Shown in pieces: positions 10,599 through 19,745 of a stretch of DNA of 28,224 bases. Source of the DNA: a virus. Its lineage: Duplodnaviria > Caudoviricetes. Position 1 is the stretch's first letter. Each line of letters begins with the position of its first letter. Position numbers and translations under genes: made by a program. A model generated the notes under the pieces. That model saw only the letters and a program-made list of their open reading frames with translations, made no database searches and was not told where the DNA came from. The DNA lies in the IMG/VR virus record IMGVR_UViG_3300017721_001543, positions 1 through 28,224 of that record; one strand, written 5' to 3'.

Positions 10599-11032
10599 TG
10601 AATTTAGTACCTTTAACTGAAAATAATTTACCTTTTTTACTAGAAATTAGAAATGATGATTCTACAAGAAATAACTTAGAGAACGATTCAACATTTACCC
10701 TTCCAGAGTGTAGAATTTGGTTTGAATGTACTAAACCTAAATGGTATATTATAGAGACACGTATGGATGCTGTAGGCTATTTTAGAACTAATGGTGATGA
10801 AGTTGGTTGTGATATACACCCTAATTATAGAAGATTTGGTTATGCAAAACAGGCTTATGAGACTTATCTTGAAGACAAAGAATATGCTTCATTATGGGTT
10901 TTTGAAGATAACTTTGCAAAAGAATTATATAAAAAATTAGGTTTTTACTATACCCAAAAAAGTAAAATAGTTAGAGAAAGAAAATATTTACAAATGGAAT
11001 GGATATCAACTAAATCAATGACTTATGGATAA
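10598..11032 (+). CDS. GNAT-family N-acetyltransferase (PseH-like)
   Basis: LLEIRNDD..R, IHPNYRRFGYAK (acetyl-CoA motif A), LWVFEDNFAKELYKKLGF. Confidence 0.88.
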   Translation: MNLVPLTENNLPFLLEIRNDDSTRNNLENDSTFTLPECRIWFECTKPKWYIIETRMDAVGYFRTNGDEVGCDIHPNYRRFGYAKQAYETYLEDKEYASLWVFEDNFAKELYKKLGFYYTQKSKIVRERKYLQMEWISTKSMTYG

Positions 11033-11957
11033 TAAAGTTTGTTTTATTACTAGTTTTTGGTTAGGAGAAAGACGTATGGAATCTCCTGCATATAAAGAAG
11101 ATAGATTGTACTTTTTAAAAAAACAAATTGAACTTCTTCAAACAAAAAAACATACCCTATCCAAGATTATATTTAATTTCAATCTAATCCCAGAACACTA
11201 CTCTTATTTATCTGAAATAATTTCTATAACTCCTAAACAAATTCAAGGTACAGAAGTAGAAATTAATATTAGAGAAAATATAGGTATTAGCTATGGAGCT
11301 TGGTCTGATTGTTTTTCTAAACATAAAAGTGATTATGATTACTATGTTTTTAATGAAGATGATTATTTCTTTGTTCAAGACAATTGGGATACTTATTTAG
11401 TTAATAAACATAATTCATATAATGATTGCGGTTATCTTTGTATGTTTGTTAGAGAACCCCATGAATGGAATAATTACAGAAAAATTGCTGGAAGTAGTGT
11501 AGGTATTGCTTCAAGTAAAACTTTAATGAAAATTTACTCTAAATATGGTAAACTCCCTAGCTTAGATAAAAAAGTAGATCATGCTTTAGAAGAATATAAA
11601 GTAGGTCAAGACATACAAAACCAGTTTGGGTTTGCTTTTCTAGAAGTAGGTTTAAATTTATATGATGTAAGAGATGATTATGCTATTTTATTTGAAAAAG
11701 GATCACCTTTAGATCCAAATTGTAATCAATGGAAAATGTTTGATTGGAATCCTGAGTATCTATCTGTATGTAGTATTTATTTTTCTAATTCTTTTGGATG
11801 GTTTGTTTCTCATGATTTAGAATTTTTACAACATCATCAAATAACTACTTACGAAGAAGCTATATACTATTATAATAATAGATTAACGTATTTTAAAGAT
11901 AAGTATGAAGGAGATAGTACTAGAATTGAATGGATAAAAAGAGAAATAAATGTGTAA
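11025..11957 (+). CDS. Putative GT-A fold glycosyltransferase
   Basis: RENIGISYGAW, YDYYVFNEDDY. Confidence 0.6.
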   Translation: MDNKVCFITSFWLGERRMESPAYKEDRLYFLKKQIELLQTKKHTLSKIIFNFNLIPEHYSYLSEIISITPKQIQGTEVEINIRENIGISYGAWSDCFSKHKSDYDYYVFNEDDYFFVQDNWDTYLVNKHNSYNDCGYLCMFVREPHEWNNYRKIAGSSVGIASSKTLMKIYSKYGKLPSLDKKVDHALEEYKVGQDIQNQFGFAFLEVGLNLYDVRDDYAILFEKGSPLDPNCNQWKMFDWNPEYLSVCSIYFSNSFGWFVSHDLEFLQHHQITTYEEAIYYYNNRLTYFKDKYEGDSTRIEWIKREINV

Positions 11958-11961
11958 CTTA

Positions 11962-11994
11962 TTTGGTTACCGTAAAAAAATTTCGTATATTTAC
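11962..11994 (+). promoter_or_regulatory. Bacteroidota-type sigma70 promoter (-33 TTTG, 20-nt spacer, -7 TATATTTA)
   Basis: TTTGG at 11962 and TTCGTATATTTACG at 11982-11995, identical to the copy at 4070-4083. Confidence 0.65.
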
Positions 11995-12011
11995 GACTTA
12001 AATAATTAGAT

Positions 12012-12959
12012 TTGGCTAAGAAGAAAAAACTGCCCAAAATAGTTACAGAGATAAGAAATAACCCTCCTGAACCAGTTAATTTTGCGTTTGAGAAGAATAT
12101 TTCTTATTCACAATTATCTATGTATACTCAATGTCCTAAAAAATGGGCATTACAATATAGAGATGGTCATAAAGTTCGTGAACAAAGTATTCATATGACA
12201 TTTGGTACTGCATTACACGAAACACTTCAAATGTATCTTGATGTAATGTATGAAAAAAGTGCTGCTGAAGCTGATAGAATTAATTTAGTAGATGATTTTG
12301 AAGAGCGTTTAAGAAATTGTTATGCTGAGGCTTATCAAACAAATAATAAAGAACATTTTTCATCTCCAGAACAACTTAGAGAATTTTTTGATGATGGTGT
12401 TGCTATTATAGAATATATTAAAAAAAATAGAGGTAAATATTTTTCTAAACGGGGATGGTCATTAGTAGGTTGTGAAGTTCCTATTGTAATAGCCCCAAAT
12501 CCGCGTTTATCACGCGTTAAATACATGGGTTATTTAGATGTTGTGTTATACCATGAAGATACAGAAAAATTCGTTATAATCGATATAAAAACTTCAACTA
12601 AAGGTTGGGGTCCTAGAGAAAGAAAAGATAAATCTAAACAATATCAGTTAGTTTTATATAAAAAATTCTTTGCTCAACAATATAATATTCCTATTAGTAA
12701 TATTGATATTGAATTCTTTATTGTAAGACGTAAATTATGGGAATCTCAAGATTTTGCTATTAAACGCGTCCAACAATTCAGACCTCCCTCAGGGAAAACT
12801 TCAATAAATAGAGCAACTGAAAGTCTAAATAAATTTTTAGATAATTGTTTCACCCAAGAAGGCTATAATCAAAAACCAATGCCTTATAAAATAAATAATA
12901 ATTGTAAATGGTGTCCTTATTACAAAACTCACTTATGTAGTGCGACTTTTGAAGGATAA
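12012..12959 (+). CDS. PD-(D/E)XK Cas4/RecB-like exonuclease with probable Fe-S cluster
   Basis: ISYSQ...QCP, FGTALHETL, GYLDVV, IIDIKT, QLVLY, C-terminal CKWCPYYKTHLC; TTG start. Confidence 0.88.
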   Translation: MAKKKKLPKIVTEIRNNPPEPVNFAFEKNISYSQLSMYTQCPKKWALQYRDGHKVREQSIHMTFGTALHETLQMYLDVMYEKSAAEADRINLVDDFEERLRNCYAEAYQTNNKEHFSSPEQLREFFDDGVAIIEYIKKNRGKYFSKRGWSLVGCEVPIVIAPNPRLSRVKYMGYLDVVLYHEDTEKFVIIDIKTSTKGWGPRERKDKSKQYQLVLYKKFFAQQYNIPISNIDIEFFIVRRKLWESQDFAIKRVQQFRPPSGKTSINRATESLNKFLDNCFTQEGYNQKPMPYKINNNCKWCPYYKTHLCSATFEG

Positions 12960-12961
12960 TT

Positions 12962-12973
12962 ATATACGTATAT
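12962..12973. promoter_or_regulatory. Palindrome ATATACGTATAT upstream of the RHH gene
   Basis: 12-bp perfect palindrome; core identical to 364-373. Confidence 0.5.
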
Positions 12974-12995
12974 TCAAATATAAATTAAATATGTT

Positions 12996-13181
12996 ATGGC
13001 TAATAAAGATATGACACTAACAAGTGTTAAAATCAAAAAGGATTTGTTTGAATCTTTTAAAATCGAGTGTGTTCGAAGAAAATTTTCGTTCCAAAAACTT
13101 GCTGATCGAGCTATTCATTTGTATCTTACAGATGAAGATTTTAGAAAACAACTTACAAACCACAACGATTTAGAACTTTAA
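12996..13181 (+). CDS. Small ribbon-helix-helix-like DNA-binding protein
   Basis: Alternating strand LTSVKI, helix KDLFESFKIECVRR, turn, helix SFQKLADRAIHLYL; 61 aa. Confidence 0.65.
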   Translation: MANKDMTLTSVKIKKDLFESFKIECVRRKFSFQKLADRAIHLYLTDEDFRKQLTNHNDLEL

Positions 13182-13184
13182 AAA

Positions 13185-14615
13185 ATGAAAGAAGGTTATT
13201 TACCAAAGGATCAACGGAAAAATATTTTGTTGATCACAGACGATATTCGTCTCCCATCAGGTGTAGGGCATATAGGAAAAGAAATTGTAATCCAAACTGC
13301 ACACCATTATAATTGGGTAAATTTAGGCTCAGCAATCAACCATCCTGATGTAGGTAAAAAGTTTGATTTAAGTCAAGAAACTAATAAAGAAATAGGTATT
13401 GAAGATGCTTCCTGTTTTATAATTCCATTTAATGGGTATGGTAATCCTGATGTTTTAAGACACGTAATTAAAGAAGAAAAAATAGATGCTGTTTTTATAA
13501 TTACAGATCCACGTTATTTTGATTGGTTATTTGCAATTGAGAATGAAATTAGAAAAAAAACTCCTATTATTTATTTAAATATTTGGGATGATCTACCTGC
13601 ACCAATGTATAATAAAGCATTTTATGAATCTTGTGATGCATTATTAGGGATTTCAAAACAAACAGTTAATATCAATAAAATGGTATTAGGGGAAAAAGCA
13701 AAAAATAAAATTATTGATTATGTCCCTCATGGTTTAAATCCTAAAATGTTCTTTCCTTTAGATAAAACTTCTGAAGAATTTATAAAGTTTAGAAATGAAG
13801 CTACTAAAGGTAAAGAAAAAGATTTTATTTTATTTTTCAATTCAAGAAATATTCGCCGCAAATCAATTCCAGACGCTTTATTAGCTTGGAAATATTTCCT
13901 TGATACTTTACCTAAAGAAAAAGCAGATAAATGTTTATTTATTCTTCATACTGAACTTATTAGTGAACATGGAACAGATCTACAAGCGGTTCATAATTAT
14001 ATTTTTGGGCAAGATAATGCTACTGTTCAATTTTCTACTCAAAAATTGTCTACTCAACAAATGAATTCTTTATATAATTTAGCTGATGCTCAAATTTTAT
14101 TATCATCTGCTGAAGGTTGGGGATTATCATTAACAGAAGCTTTATTAACTGGTACCCCAATTATTGCTAATGTTACTGGTGGGATGCAAGATCAAATGAG
14201 ATTTGAAGATGAGGATGGAAATTGGATTGATTTTGATTCTGATTTCCCATCTAACCATACAGGTAAATATACAAAATGTGGTAATTGGGCATTTCCCGTA
14301 TACCCAAGTAATCTTTCCTTAGTAGGTTCACCTCAAACTCCATATATTTGGGATGATAGATGTAATCCCTTAGATGCTGTAACTCATATTACTTCATTAT
14401 ATAATATGACTCGTGAAGAAAGAGAAAAAATAGGAAAAGAAGGTTATGATTGGGCTCATAGTGAAGAAGCTGGATTTACTTCTCCTAAAATGGCAAAAAG
14501 AGTAATGGATAGCGTTGATAAGTTATTTAAAAGTTGGAAACCTCGTCCAAATTATGAATTTATTAATACTAATGAAGTTAAAGAAGATAGAGTACCCCAT
14601 AAATTGTTATATTAA
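13185..14615 (+). CDS. GT-B (GT4-like) glycosyltransferase
   Basis: SGVG, YVPHG, NSRNIRRK, LSSAEGWGLSLTEALLTGTPIIANVTGG. Confidence 0.9.
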   Translation: MKEGYLPKDQRKNILLITDDIRLPSGVGHIGKEIVIQTAHHYNWVNLGSAINHPDVGKKFDLSQETNKEIGIEDASCFIIPFNGYGNPDVLRHVIKEEKIDAVFIITDPRYFDWLFAIENEIRKKTPIIYLNIWDDLPAPMYNKAFYESCDALLGISKQTVNINKMVLGEKAKNKIIDYVPHGLNPKMFFPLDKTSEEFIKFRNEATKGKEKDFILFFNSRNIRRKSIPDALLAWKYFLDTLPKEKADKCLFILHTELISEHGTDLQAVHNYIFGQDNATVQFSTQKLSTQQMNSLYNLADAQILLSSAEGWGLSLTEALLTGTPIIANVTGGMQDQMRFEDEDGNWIDFDSDFPSNHTGKYTKCGNWAFPVYPSNLSLVGSPQTPYIWDDRCNPLDAVTHITSLYNMTREEREKIGKEGYDWAHSEEAGFTSPKMAKRVMDSVDKLFKSWKPRPNYEFINTNEVKEDRVPHKLLY

Positions 14616-14636
14616 ATTAAAGAATACATATTAAGA

Positions 14637-15968
14637 ATGAAAAAACCACTATTCATTATATCCTCCCCTTTTGACACATACTCTGGTTATGGAGCTCGTA
14701 GTCGTGATTTAATTAAATCTATTATTAAGAGTGATAAATATGATGTTAAATTACTTTCTCAAAGATGGGGTACTACTCCTTTTGGATTTTGTGAAGATCA
14801 TTCACAATGGAAATTTTTATTAGATTATATTGCACCTTTAGAATGGCAGCAAGGTAAAATGCCTAAACCTGATGTTTGGTCTCAAATTACAGTACCTAAT
14901 GAATTCCAACCTGTTGGAAGATTTAATATAGGTTTTACTGCTGGGATGGAAACTACAGCGGTAGATCCTACTTGGGTTGAAGGTATGGAAAGAATGGATT
15001 TAAATTTTGTATCCTCAGAGCACTCTAAAAAAGTATTTTTAGATTCTCAATTTGATAAAATCCATGAAAAAACTAAACAAAAAGTAGGTATAGTTAAAAT
15101 AACAAGACCACTTGAAGTGTTATTTGAAGGAGCTGATTTATCTACTTATTTCCCATTAACAGATAAACAAATTTATACTAAGCAAGCTACCCCCCTAATT
15201 TCAGATATAAATGAAATTCCAGAATCTTATGCCTATCTTTCAGTAGGACATTGGATGCAAGGTAATATGGGTGAAGATAGAAAAAATATAGGGTTATTAA
15301 TTAAAGCTTTTTATGAAACTTTTAAAAATAAAAAAAATAAACCTGCATTAATTTTAAAAACTTCAAGTGCGGGAGCATCTTATGTAGATAGAGATCAAAT
15401 CCTTAAAAAAATTACCCAATTGAAAAGTTCAGTTGCATCTAAAAACCTTCCTAATATATATTTGTTACATGGTGAACTTTCAGATGTTGAAATGAATTTA
15501 CTTTATAATCATCCTAAAGTAAAAACTATGGTTAGTTTAACTAAAGGTGAAGGTTTTGGACGCCCTCTACTTGAGTTTAGTTTAAGTAAAAAACCAATTA
15601 TTGTAAGTGGGTATAGTGGCCATATGGATTTTTTAAATCCTGAATTTAATGTTATGTTAAAAGGATCATTAACTAATGTCCATAAAAGTGCAGCTGTACC
15701 AAAAATGATTCTTGAAGATTCTAAATGGTTCTCACCTGCTCATCCCGAAGTTGGTAAAGCATTTGTTGACACATTTGAAAATTATAAAAAATATCAAGAA
15801 CTAGGTAAACGTCAAGCTCATTTAAGTAAAACAAAATTTAGTTGGGAAGCAATGCATACTAAGTTTGATGGGCTATTAAGTGAATATCTTGATAAATTAC
15901 CTAAAGAAGTTCCTTTAAATATGCCTAAGATGAACTTACCAAAATTAAAATTACCTAAAAAGAAGTAA
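14637..15968 (+). CDS. GT-B (GT4-like) glycosyltransferase
   Basis: SGYGARSRD, DRKNIG, TKGEGFGRPLLEFSLSKKPII. Confidence 0.9.
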   Translation: MKKPLFIISSPFDTYSGYGARSRDLIKSIIKSDKYDVKLLSQRWGTTPFGFCEDHSQWKFLLDYIAPLEWQQGKMPKPDVWSQITVPNEFQPVGRFNIGFTAGMETTAVDPTWVEGMERMDLNFVSSEHSKKVFLDSQFDKIHEKTKQKVGIVKITRPLEVLFEGADLSTYFPLTDKQIYTKQATPLISDINEIPESYAYLSVGHWMQGNMGEDRKNIGLLIKAFYETFKNKKNKPALILKTSSAGASYVDRDQILKKITQLKSSVASKNLPNIYLLHGELSDVEMNLLYNHPKVKTMVSLTKGEGFGRPLLEFSLSKKPIIVSGYSGHMDFLNPEFNVMLKGSLTNVHKSAAVPKMILEDSKWFSPAHPEVGKAFVDTFENYKKYQELGKRQAHLSKTKFSWEAMHTKFDGLLSEYLDKLPKEVPLNMPKMNLPKLKLPKKK

Positions 15969-15970
15969 CT

Positions 15971-16429
15971 ATGAATTATGATCAAATAATAGATTGCCCT
16001 AAATCAGGAGGGGATTTATGTTATAAAACTGAAATTAACGATAAAATTACAAATTATTTAAGCTTGTCTTGTGGATTTTGGACTAATAGTCTAATGAAAA
16101 AAGATTCAGAATTCCATAAAGAACAACTAGTCACACTCCCAGAATTATATAAAGATATTTCTTGGGAAGATCCAGAAACAGGATTAATTTGGATACCTAA
16201 TACTATTAATATTAAAGAAAAAGGAATGGTATTTGCTGATGGTCCAAATGGAGAAAATTGGAGATGGGCAGCTGTAAAAGCTACTTTAATGGATAAAGAA
16301 GAATCAGAAAAATTTAAAGCTAAAGGTAAAGATTTTAAGTGGAAAATGAATATGAAAACCATTAAACACTTTGAAGAAACTGATTTTATAGAAGCTATGG
16401 ATTATATTGGAGTATTTGAAAAATCATGA
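15971..16429 (+). CDS. Hypothetical protein (152 aa)
   Basis: Intact ORF with N-terminal Cys residues (CPKSGGDLC, SCGF), possibly a zinc-ribbon remnant. Confidence 0.7.
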   Translation: MNYDQIIDCPKSGGDLCYKTEINDKITNYLSLSCGFWTNSLMKKDSEFHKEQLVTLPELYKDISWEDPETGLIWIPNTINIKEKGMVFADGPNGENWRWAAVKATLMDKEESEKFKAKGKDFKWKMNMKTIKHFEETDFIEAMDYIGVFEKS

Positions 16430-17052
16430 AAATTTCCTTTGCAATTACAGTTTGTAATGAATCAAATGAGATTCAAAAACTACTTCCTTTTTTAATTGAA
16501 AATAAAAGAGAAGAAGATGAAATTGTAATATTATATGATTCTAAAAACGGATCTAAAGCAGTAGAAGATTATTTAAGAGCCCACTCAGTAGTTACATATC
16601 CCGATTTTATTTGGCATCCTTATAAATTTGATGGGCATTTTGCCAATATGAAAAATCATCTTACAAGTCTATGTAATGGTGATTACATTTATCAGATTGA
16701 TGCTGATGAAATGGTAAATGAGTATATTTTGGCTGCTATACCTCAACTTTTAGAAGCTAATGATGTAGATGTACTTAGGGTACCTAGAATCAACACAGTT
16801 TCAGGTTTAACTCAAGAACATATTAATAAATGGGGTTGGATGGTTAATAATAAGGGTTGGGTAAATTTCCCGGATTATCAATGGAGAATATACAGAAATA
16901 ACGCAGAAATAAAATGGGTAAACAAAGTACATGAAATATTAACTGGATATAAAACTCATGCGGATTTACCTCCAATCCAAGAATGGTGTTTATTACATCC
17001 TAAAGATATAAAACGACAAGAAAAACAAAATTCTTACTACGAAACACTCTAA
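16426..17052 (+). CDS. GT2-family glycosyltransferase
   Basis: ISFAITVCNE, FANMKN, YQIDADE, PDYQWRIY, VHE. Confidence 0.9.
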   Translation: MKISFAITVCNESNEIQKLLPFLIENKREEDEIVILYDSKNGSKAVEDYLRAHSVVTYPDFIWHPYKFDGHFANMKNHLTSLCNGDYIYQIDADEMVNEYILAAIPQLLEANDVDVLRVPRINTVSGLTQEHINKWGWMVNNKGWVNFPDYQWRIYRNNAEIKWVNKVHEILTGYKTHADLPPIQEWCLLHPKDIKRQEKQNSYYETL

Positions 17053-17345
17053 TGAAACTAAAAGACTATTATAAGATGTACCTTACATTACATCAAAACA
17101 AAAATTGTATTAGAATACATTTTTTAGGTCAATGGGTAACTTTAATAATTACCTTTTTAATATTTTATCATTGGTTATGGTATTTAATTCCTATAATCCC
17201 ATTTATAATTTACCCATTTGCTTGGACTGGCCATTATTTATTTGAAAAAAATGAACCAGCAGCATTTAAAGATCCTGTTAAAGCTAAACTTTCAGATTGG
17301 ATGATGTTTTGGGATATATTAAGAGGTAAAATTAAAATATTATGA
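17052..17345 (+). CDS. DUF962/Mpo1-like membrane protein
   Basis: YLTLHQN..CIRIHFLG, YPFAWTGHYLFEKNEPAAF..P, SDWMM. Confidence 0.85.
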   Translation: MKLKDYYKMYLTLHQNKNCIRIHFLGQWVTLIITFLIFYHWLWYLIPIIPFIIYPFAWTGHYLFEKNEPAAFKDPVKAKLSDWMMFWDILRGKIKIL

Positions 17346-18205
17346 GAATATTAGTTACAGGAGGGGCTGGTTTTATTGGGGCTAACTTAATAAAAAGGTT
17401 ACTAGAGGAAGGACATAAAGTACATTCTTTAGATGATTATTCTACTGGAAGTAAAAAAAATCATCAAAAAGGATGTAAATATATTGTAGGTAAAGTTGAA
17501 GAAAAAAGATCCCAATCAAATTTACCTCAAAATTATGATTTAATTTACCACCTTGCTGGGTTATCTAGAATACAACCATCATTTAATAATCCTTCAGCTA
17601 CATTTTCAGCTAATACAATAGGTACACAAGAAATGTGTGAATTTGCAAGAACTACTAATGCGAAATTAGTGTATGCTGGTTCTTCATCTAAACATCATGA
17701 CCCATATCAATCTCCTTACGCAGCATATAAATATCTTGGTGAAGAAGTTTGTAAAATGTATAGAAAAACATATGGAATGAATATTGAAATTGTAAGATTT
17801 TATAATGTTTATGGTCCTAAAGAGGTAATTGATGGTGACTGGGCTGCAGTTATTGGAATTTGGAGAAGACAAATAAGAGATAATGAACCTATTACAATTG
17901 TAGGTGATGGGGAACAACGAAGAGATTTTACTCATGTAGATGATATTGTAGATGGTTTATGGAGAGTAGGAATGAAATCAATTAAACATGAAGATGCTTG
18001 GGAATTAGGTACAGGTTGTAATTATTCTCTTAATGAGGTATATCAAATGTTTAAAGACAAATTTAACACTACTTGTACTTACCTCCCAGATCAATCAGGT
18101 AACTACAGAAAAACACTTAGAGAAAACAATGATGCTATTGAAAGATTAGATTGGCAACCCCAAGATAGATTATTAAATTACATTAACAATTTAGAAAAGT
18201 TATGA
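17342..18205 (+). CDS. NAD-dependent nucleotide-sugar epimerase/dehydratase
   Basis: VTGGAGFIG, HLAG, YAGSSS, YAAYK (YxxxK), RFYNVYGP, RDFTHVDD. Confidence 0.93.
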   Translation: MRILVTGGAGFIGANLIKRLLEEGHKVHSLDDYSTGSKKNHQKGCKYIVGKVEEKRSQSNLPQNYDLIYHLAGLSRIQPSFNNPSATFSANTIGTQEMCEFARTTNAKLVYAGSSSKHHDPYQSPYAAYKYLGEEVCKMYRKTYGMNIEIVRFYNVYGPKEVIDGDWAAVIGIWRRQIRDNEPITIVGDGEQRRDFTHVDDIVDGLWRVGMKSIKHEDAWELGTGCNYSLNEVYQMFKDKFNTTCTYLPDQSGNYRKTLRENNDAIERLDWQPQDRLLNYINNLEKL

Positions 18206-19053
18206 GAGATATAATTGAAAGAAGAAGAAAACCAATGAAAAAGGTTGGAGTATTAGGTAATGGGTTTGTAGGTGAATCACAAGCATTTGCTTTTGGCCCT
18301 ACAGCTGAAGTTAGAATATTTGATGTTGATCCTTTAAAAAGCATGCATACTTTAGAGGAGGTACATGATTGTGATTTTATTTTTGTTTGTGTTCCTACAC
18401 CAATGAAGAAAGATGGTTCACAGGATAGTTATTATATTGAAAATGTATTTAATCATGCTAAAAAAGGTCCTATTTATATAATTAAATCTACTGTTTTACC
18501 TGGCACAACAGTAAAATTACAAGAACAGTATCCACATCTTAATATTATATTTTGCCCTGAGTTTTTAACTCAAAGAACTGCTAAATTGGATACATTAACT
18601 CAAGCTCGAATTATTTTTGGAGGAGAAGAAAATTTAACTCAAAAAGTAGAAAAGTTATTTGCTGAACGTTTTATGAATCGTCATTATATTCATACAGATG
18701 CTACTACTGCTGAATTAACTAAATACATGAATAATTCTTTCTTTGCTACTAAAGTATCTATTATGAATGAATTTAAACGTATAAGTGATGCTTTAGGTAC
18801 TAATTGGGATGATGCTTTATATGGTTTTGTTTGTGATAGTAGAATTGGAGACAGTCATTTACACGTTCCAGGACCTGATGGTAAATTAGGATATGGTGGT
18901 GTGTGTTTTCCTAAAGATGTAAATGCTTTAATTACATTAGGTAAAGAATTAGGTACACCAATGCATACTTTAGAAGCAGGTTGGAAAACTAATCTTGAAG
19001 TTAGACCTGAACGTGATTGGGAAAAAATGAAAGGTAAAGCTGTAAGTGAATGA
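18202..19053 (+). CDS. UDP-glucose/GDP-mannose 6-dehydrogenase family, short form
   Basis: GNGFVG, CVPTP, IKSTV, PEFL, KYMNNSFFATK, GYGGVCFPKD (catalytic Cys). Confidence 0.92.
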   Translation: MRDIIERRRKPMKKVGVLGNGFVGESQAFAFGPTAEVRIFDVDPLKSMHTLEEVHDCDFIFVCVPTPMKKDGSQDSYYIENVFNHAKKGPIYIIKSTVLPGTTVKLQEQYPHLNIIFCPEFLTQRTAKLDTLTQARIIFGGEENLTQKVEKLFAERFMNRHYIHTDATTAELTKYMNNSFFATKVSIMNEFKRISDALGTNWDDALYGFVCDSRIGDSHLHVPGPDGKLGYGGVCFPKDVNALITLGKELGTPMHTLEAGWKTNLEVRPERDWEKMKGKAVSE

Positions 19054-19745
19054 AAATAGGAGTTTTTGCATATAATTTTCCCCATTGGAAAACTCAAGAA
19101 GGAATACATAATTTAGTAGTTAATGGTTTTACACCTGATGTAATTTTAGCTGCTGATCCTGTTCCATTAAATTTTCCTAAATCTAAAATTAGAATATCTC
19201 CAAAAGATTTATATTTAACCCATCCTGAAAAAATTGCTGAATCTTATTCAATAGATTATCACGTAGTACCTCATAATTCTCAAGAAGCTTTAGACTTAAT
19301 TAAGCAATATGATTTAGATTTAGGAATTATTTTAGGTGCTAGGATATTAAAACCTATAATAATTAATGGGTTTAAAACTGGGGTTCTTAACATGCATCCT
19401 GGAATATTACCTCAAAATAGAGGTCTAGATAATATAAAATGGGCTATTATAGATGATATCCCACAAGGAGTAACAACTCACTTAATAGATGGAAAAATAG
19501 ATAGAGGATTATTTATAGAAAAATCTATTATTAAAATATACCAAGATGATACTTTATTGGATATTCATTTACGTATTCAGAATACAGAACAACAACTTAT
19601 GATAAGTGCATTAAACACTATTAAAAATGTAGGAACTAATTTTGTAGAATTATCTGAGGGAAATTACTATAAAGCTGTTCCTTATGAAGTTGAACAACAT
19701 CTAATGAAAACATTTGAAAGTTATAAACAAAAGCATTCATCATGA
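19050..19745 (+). CDS. Formyltransferase (probable sugar N-formyltransferase)
   Basis: LNMHPGILPQNRG, GVTTHLID..IDRG: N10-formyl-THF-dependent fold. Confidence 0.85.
   Translation: MKIGVFAYNFPHWKTQEGIHNLVVNGFTPDVILAADPVPLNFPKSKIRISPKDLYLTHPEKIAESYSIDYHVVPHNSQEALDLIKQYDLDLGIILGARILKPIIINGFKTGVLNMHPGILPQNRGLDNIKWAIIDDIPQGVTTHLIDGKIDRGLFIEKSIIKIYQDDTLLDIHLRIQNTEQQLMISALNTIKNVGTNFVELSEGNYYKAVPYEVEQHLMKTFESYKQKHSS

Noticed and set aside
12012-12959. CRISPR-Cas locus around the Cas4-like gene
   Set aside because: No repeat-spacer array or other cas genes seen.
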